Shown here in pieces: positions 58,701-64,000 of a stretch of DNA of 64,000 nucleotides; the stretch's first letter is position 1, and each line of letters begins with the position of its first letter. Made by a program: the position numbers and the translations under genes. Source of the stretch: Macrostomum lignano (taxonomy: Eukaryota); contig NIVC01001280.1 of NCBI GenBank assembly GCA_002269645.1, positions 1 through 64,000 on the forward strand. The letters are read 5' to 3'. The notes below the pieces were generated by a model. It did no database searches. It was not told the origin of the DNA and worked only from the letters and a program-made list of their open reading frames with translations.

Positions 58701-60460
58701 AGTTAATACTGATACAGCTACCCAATCCGGAGGTATTCAAAGGCAAGAAAAATGGGAGCTGAGAGCAGCATGAGCAGCAGAGAGCGATCCTGCTGAAATT
58801 CGCTCGCATTATTGAATTGCTTTGCTCTCAGCAGTCGGGCAGGCCAAGCTGAGCTCGCAATCGCGGCTTTTTTGTCTCTTAAAACATAAAAGGCAGAAGC
58901 CACCAGCAATTAACGTAGCTGAGGCCGCGGGTGAGAGGCCTTTGCGTGAGCGATCCTTGACTGCCCAGCAGAAGAAGCGGTCAGGAACGGCTGGCGGGAT
59001 GGCGGTCTGGGAGACTGGGCCGCGGAAGCTGGAGCGTAACGGATGAGGCCTGCCGGGGAGAATGAGATCATGACAAAGTAGCGGCAATTAGTGTCGGGCT
59101 GGCAGTTGCAGGGGACGCGCGGCGGCTCGATAGGTCTCCGTGAATGTGCCCGAGTGCTCACTGCAGTCTCCCAGCTGGCCGGGAAATGAGGCTCCTCCAT
59201 CTTTTCAGACAGGGGAGTCGGGACGGGGGGGAGGCTGTGGTGCTGGATCCTGGGAGAAGCCCAGCAAGTTCTGCTCTCCCTGATTATGCGCATGGAAATA
59301 GCCTGGCCTAGCGCGAGCTCAAGCTGCTCTCCTCCAAGCCGCGCTCGATCCCTGAGTTGAGATTTTTTAATAAAAAGGTTCTCAGGAAATGCGACCGGTT
59401 GAAGGGGCTGGGGGACGACATAGCAAGGAGACAGCCAGGAAGGCTTAGGATCGAATTGAAATTAATACCGAACTAATATGCATCGCAGACTGCAAATCCG
59501 ATTACGTCACCGCGAGTTACTCGACCAGCAGCCTCCCGGTCCTCATTCGGTCGTCTCAGCCGATGACTCCTACGGCCCAGCGGAGCAACCGGCAGCCTTG
59601 CGGCATAATTTAGCCGCAGCTAATTGCAGAGCGCTGGAGACTGCAAGGGCGCTGGGGTTCTGGCTGTCAGACACACTTACGCAATCCTTCAGAAGCTTAA
59701 ATCCCACTAATAAAATGATATCTCCCTTGTCCCTGAACAGTAAATCACACAAGGCGGAGCTGAGGATTTAAAAAAGCGGCTTGTCACACAAAAGTTACGA
59801 AATGCACAAAAGGAGGCTGGCTGTGACAGCAGAGGAGACGGCAGAACTCATGGTTCATCAGCCTGGATTCCAATGATTTGCCGTGAATTGAGTTGCGCTG
59901 CGGTAAGAAATGTTAATTTGGCAGCTAGCAGAATCAATGCGCATATCCCAGTGCTTTTTGGGGCAGGACGGTGACGGGTTTTGGCCATCGGCACCATAGA
60001 AATATACTGCACCAGCTGCAGACACCCACAGACTGTGGAAAATGACTAGCTTTCGACTTCTCCTGCCGTCAAGAACAACTTTTCTAGTAGTCCTTGAGTG
60101 TTAGATTCGGGATAAGTCGGATTTCGAGCACTGGCATATCCTAGAAATTGCATGAACTTGTGAAAACAAAACCAAGGTTAGTTGAAAGCGAGTGCGTGGT
60201 ACATGTGAATAAATAATTTCTTTATGGGAGTTCTGTTGAGTAAGGGTGAATGAGATTTATTCGGGCCTAACGAACTACTGTTAGTAGAAAAACTGGAATC
60301 AAGTTCAATTTTCTCAAGTAACAAACGAATCTTTTAGATGGCTGTTGGCCCAGTAAAAAATTTGCTTTGTTTTGTAAATACAAAATTACGAGCTATATTA
60401 TCTTACCCGGCTGGTTGGACAAATGTACTCAGACTGAGCTGGTCCGCCGAGCTGGCCAGT

Positions 60461-60580
60461 CCATTGGACTCACTGTCACACTGAGCTCAAAAGCCATTGG
60501 ACTCACTGTCACACTGGGCTCAAAAGCCATTGGACTCACTGTCACACTGAGCTCAAAAGCCACCATTGGATTCACAGTGT
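60461..60580. repeat. Short tandem repeat, 33-bp unit, ~3.5 copies
   Basis: CCATTGGACTCACTGTCACACTGAGCTCAAAAG at 60461, 60494 and 60527. Confidence 0.85.
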
Positions 60581-62088
60581 TGGTAGGAAGGAAGCATTGG
60601 CTCTGTGAGGTATGAGGTTATATTGTTTTAATGGTGGTTGGCGGACTAAACGAAACCAACTCACATTCAACAGCACACCGATGCAACAAATCGTGGCTAA
60701 ACTGCACGGCAGCTCAGTCATTCGTCTTCTATGAAAAAACAGCAACCGAAGCAAAGCAGCCTGGCTTCAGAATGCAATGATTCTTCACTCAAAGCCCTTA
60801 CCCAGTGACTAAAATGTCTTAACATTTTCATTAGGACTAAATTATGATTTAGTTTCTTGTGCAATCTGCTTTACTATTAGTAGAAGAATGAGAGTCGTTA
60901 CAAAAGAATTTACAAACGACCTGATTGTACTTTCAAAAGCAGTGTATACAATAGAAATTATACGGTATCGTAGGTAAAATATCCCGTGGCAAATACAAAA
61001 GGAATTTCTGCCTAAAGGAATGTTTACTGCGCCAAAGTTGAAGTCATTTTACTTATTATAAGAAATGTCTTATAAACATGCTTAAATGTTTAAATATGCA
61101 GTAGCAGCTATCTTTTCCAGTGAATCTGAATTTCAACTGAATTTCGTAACCATCGCCAGTTGTGAACAGAGATTACACTTACTTCTGCTTACTTCAAACA
61201 AAGTATTAAGCAAGAAAAACAATAATCTGCAAACGTGTATTAGCGATAGCCAGTCCAATTCACTCGTAAACATAGGAATCAATTCCAGAAAGTACTTATT
61301 TGCAGGATAGGAAATGACAGTGCTAGTCTACCTTTATTCTAAACTGCTCCGGCTCCGGGCACTGATATGATATTGCAGTGACTAAGCCTAGTCTTGCTTT
61401 CCTTATGAACTAAGCATAGAAGTGCATGTTATGCTTACAAGTGCTGATTGCGGCAATAAACACAGATAATGAGCCTCAATAGGAATGTATTGAAACTGTT
61501 TAGCCTAATTCTCAGCTTCTCAGTCGATTTGACGCCAGCATGTTGATAAGATAAACACGCAATTTACTTTCTGACTGGAGGACAGTCAGCATATTGGGTG
61601 GGGTGTGGGGCATGCGAACCAAGCGTGTGTGGTGCGCGCTAGGCCTGCAATCCCACGCTCCCATAAGCTGATCGCGTGATTAGTGCTTGAGGCAACCGCA
61701 TGAGGCGACTACGTGACGCAGTGTGCACAGTGGTGCTCCCGTACTTGTTTTCTTCATCGGCCTTCACAAGCCTTTCAGCTTTGGTGCGTGTCTAAAAATA
61801 GTAACAGCACGGGGGTTTCCTCTGCTTAGCGCCATGACAACCTCCAAGGCTGTCTCCCGCAAGCCCCTGCAGTGCACTGGACCAGCGCGTGTACGTGGTG
61901 TAAGGGGTGAGGGGGAAACTCCGCTTTACCCCAACAGACACGCGCCTCACCCCCTGACTGTAGTGCCCATGGCCAAATTTTATTATATAGATAGCTAGAA
62001 GCCCCGGCCCCGACCTAAGCAAGTTTAGACTGGCCGACAAAAGGGCTCAGACAGACGGACAGCAAGTTAGCAATATATACAGATAGTG

Positions 62089-62665
62089 ATGCAAGCAGGC
62101 CTTCTGTCACCATTACCGATATCTCGGCTGACCTCAATGTATCAACAAGTTGAAGCTTCGGCGTCAACAGCCACCACATCCGATTCAGCGGATCTGCTGA
62201 GCCAGTGCACAACAGAGTGGTCCAGGTACTTTATATCATCTCGGATAGCGCCTTGTAGCAGTGGCAAGTACACCTACACAGCAGCTCTGACTGCCGACCT
62301 GCAGTCGCAGCCAGAGCGCCCACGACAGCGAGTACCCTCTCGGACTCACCGACGTCACCCGTCTCCGCCTACTCCCTCGCCTTGCCCGCCTCCTGAGCCG
62401 GCCTCGTTTGCCGCCGAAGTCGAAGACACTGCCGATTCATCTGGCGACAGCGGACGCGGCAGCGAAGCAGATGGCGACAGTCCAGCAGAGTCGTCGGGTT
62501 CACCGACCCCGCAGAACTGTACCTCCGGCAGCGACACGGCCATCGAGCGGCTGCGCAAGCGGGTGCAGTTTGCCGATGAGGTCGGACAGGCCCTGACGCG
62601 GGTGAAGCTGCTCAGCGTCAGCGAACCAGATAACAGACTGCCATTGTTGGTGCTGGCAGAAAACC
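62089..62665 (+). CDS. PPP1R3: PP1 glycogen-targeting regulatory subunit, exon 1 (RVxF motif)
   Basis: RKRVQFADEVGQALTRVK (family motif KKRVxFAD..G..L..V); donor AAC C|gtgagt; the start could alternatively be the ATG of MYQQ. Confidence 0.88.
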
Positions 62666-62959
62666 GTGAGTTTTAACTGATAGCTACTAAAGCTGCTATA
62701 CCCTGTTCGGTTGATGCTGTTATCGGCCTGCAATCGGCCTGCAGTGAAGTGGCTTTCAGTCGTCTCTGAGATTTAAAAAATTACAGTCTTCTATACAAAT
62801 ATCCAAGTACGAGTCCGAGGTCCCACGATCTAGCTGGTCCTAATTTGAAGTTCCCGATGCCCTATTTCTGACCTCCATATCATATCAAGTGCCTACTGAT
62901 AGTAGGCGACTACGCATATCAAATTCAGACTAAAATTATGACCACATAACTAACTGCAG

Positions 62960-63495
62960 ATGACTTCAGCCAGCGACTGCATCAGCAGGCTCAGTGGGAC
63001 TCGAACGAGCCGTGGCTGAGGTGCAAATTCAGCCAACCCAGTGCAAAGTACGTTGTGTTTCGCGAGTCCCTGGAACGCAACCTTGTGAGCCTGAGCTTTG
63101 TACACCTGGAGCCAGACACCATTAGGGGTTCCATAGCTGTGAAGAACGTCAGCTTCCGCAAGCGAGTCTTTGTCCACGTCAGCTTTGACAGCTGGAACAG
63201 TTTCAAGGACGTGGAGGCCACCTACAATGGGTCTGACGGCCAGCAGGACAATTTCTCCTTCAGCCTACCATGCCCTCCGGACCAGCAGGCAGACATTCAG
63301 TTTTGCGTCTGCTTCGAGTGCGACTGCGGCACATTCTGGGACAACAACGGCGGGGAGAACTACCGCATCGGCGTGGTCCCCGCTGCGCCAGCTGGCAGCG
63401 GCTACACCCGCGACTTCAAACCGGACTACGGAGGAGTGGCCGAGTTCTCTGAGTTTTCAGCCTGGGACCACTTTGATGACCAGGTGTACTACTAG
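62960..63495 (+). CDS. PPP1R3: PP1 glycogen-targeting regulatory subunit, exon 2 (CBM21 domain)
   Basis: actgcag|AT, in phase; FSQPSAKY, GSIAVKNVSFRKRVFVHVSFDSW, WDNNGGENY are CBM21 signatures; ends ...DDQVYY*. Confidence 0.93.
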
Positions 63496-64000
63496 ACTTG
63501 GCGAAGCTAGGCGTAATATTAGTATTCAATATATGCTATTTTCTATTTGCTCAGTACCGTTAGCCTTTTGTACTCTCGTCTACAACTAACCGTTAATGAT
63601 CTCTGCTCTGCAAACTCTTCGTGCTTAGCAATTGTTATGTACTGGTTTCAGTTTCTGTACATTTGGGATTCGTCATGCTTCTGCCACGAACAATTCTGAC
63701 AGAGCGGCCAAAGCAATACTCTACTCAATTTCATCTGTGCTTCTTTGTGCCCGTTATTCGCTATTTTTTATTGATTCCCTCATAAAGCTAAAGCTATTCT
63801 CCTGAGCTGCTCAGCAGCTTGCTTAGCAGCACATTCCCTCATGCGATCCCAAGCAAATTCTCACCTCTGCGCACCTGCCAGTCCCTCTGGGGCTCCAACT
63901 ACGCCGCTTTCAAGCTGTCAGCACTTTCAGGCCATCAGCGGTAATTCAGCATGTTTAAGTTTGGGCATTGCTCATCACCAACCAGTGCCCTGTACTCTTA

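Noticed and set aside
59065-59086. bantam-like seed (TGAGATCAT); also a miR-2-like ATCACAGCCAG near 48597
   Set aside because: No complementary arm for a pre-miRNA hairpin at either site.

Overview
Eukaryotic, intron-containing animal genomic DNA. The minisatellite-packed introns, GC3-rich exons and gene content resemble a free-living flatworm such as Macrostomum; this is inference. Three genes were reconstructed exon by exon: (1) a DLC1/STARD13/crossveinless-c-type SAM-RhoGAP-START gene on the minus strand (11 coding exons, 21102->2284, about 1100 aa after correcting one apparent 1-nt deletion), (2) a seven-repeat delta1-type protocadherin on the minus strand (4 exons, 40808->32777, 1074 aa), and (3) a PP1 glycogen-targeting subunit (RVxF plus CBM21) on the plus strand (2 exons, 62089->63495). 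An unidentified, apparently disrupted gene leaves the left edge, and a candidate small single-pass membrane protein lies at about 43.8-44.4 kb. Between the protocadherin and RhoGAP genes is a transposon cluster: an intact Mag-like Ty3/Gypsy element (245-bp LTRs with 2 mismatches, AAACT TSD, single 1311-aa ORF), a decayed RT-RNaseH LINE with a 12-bp TSD, a 254-bp MITE (8-bp TSD) nested in that LINE, and an RTE-like 3' fragment. About 15 unrelated tandem arrays are present. Most notable: two intronic minisatellites are built from the exon/5' splice-site junction itself (one is about 55-60 tandem copies of TG|GTGAGT), and the MITE carries a ~64-nt copy of the 28S rRNA helix-69/R2-target region. 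All analysis was by eye; no database searches were run.
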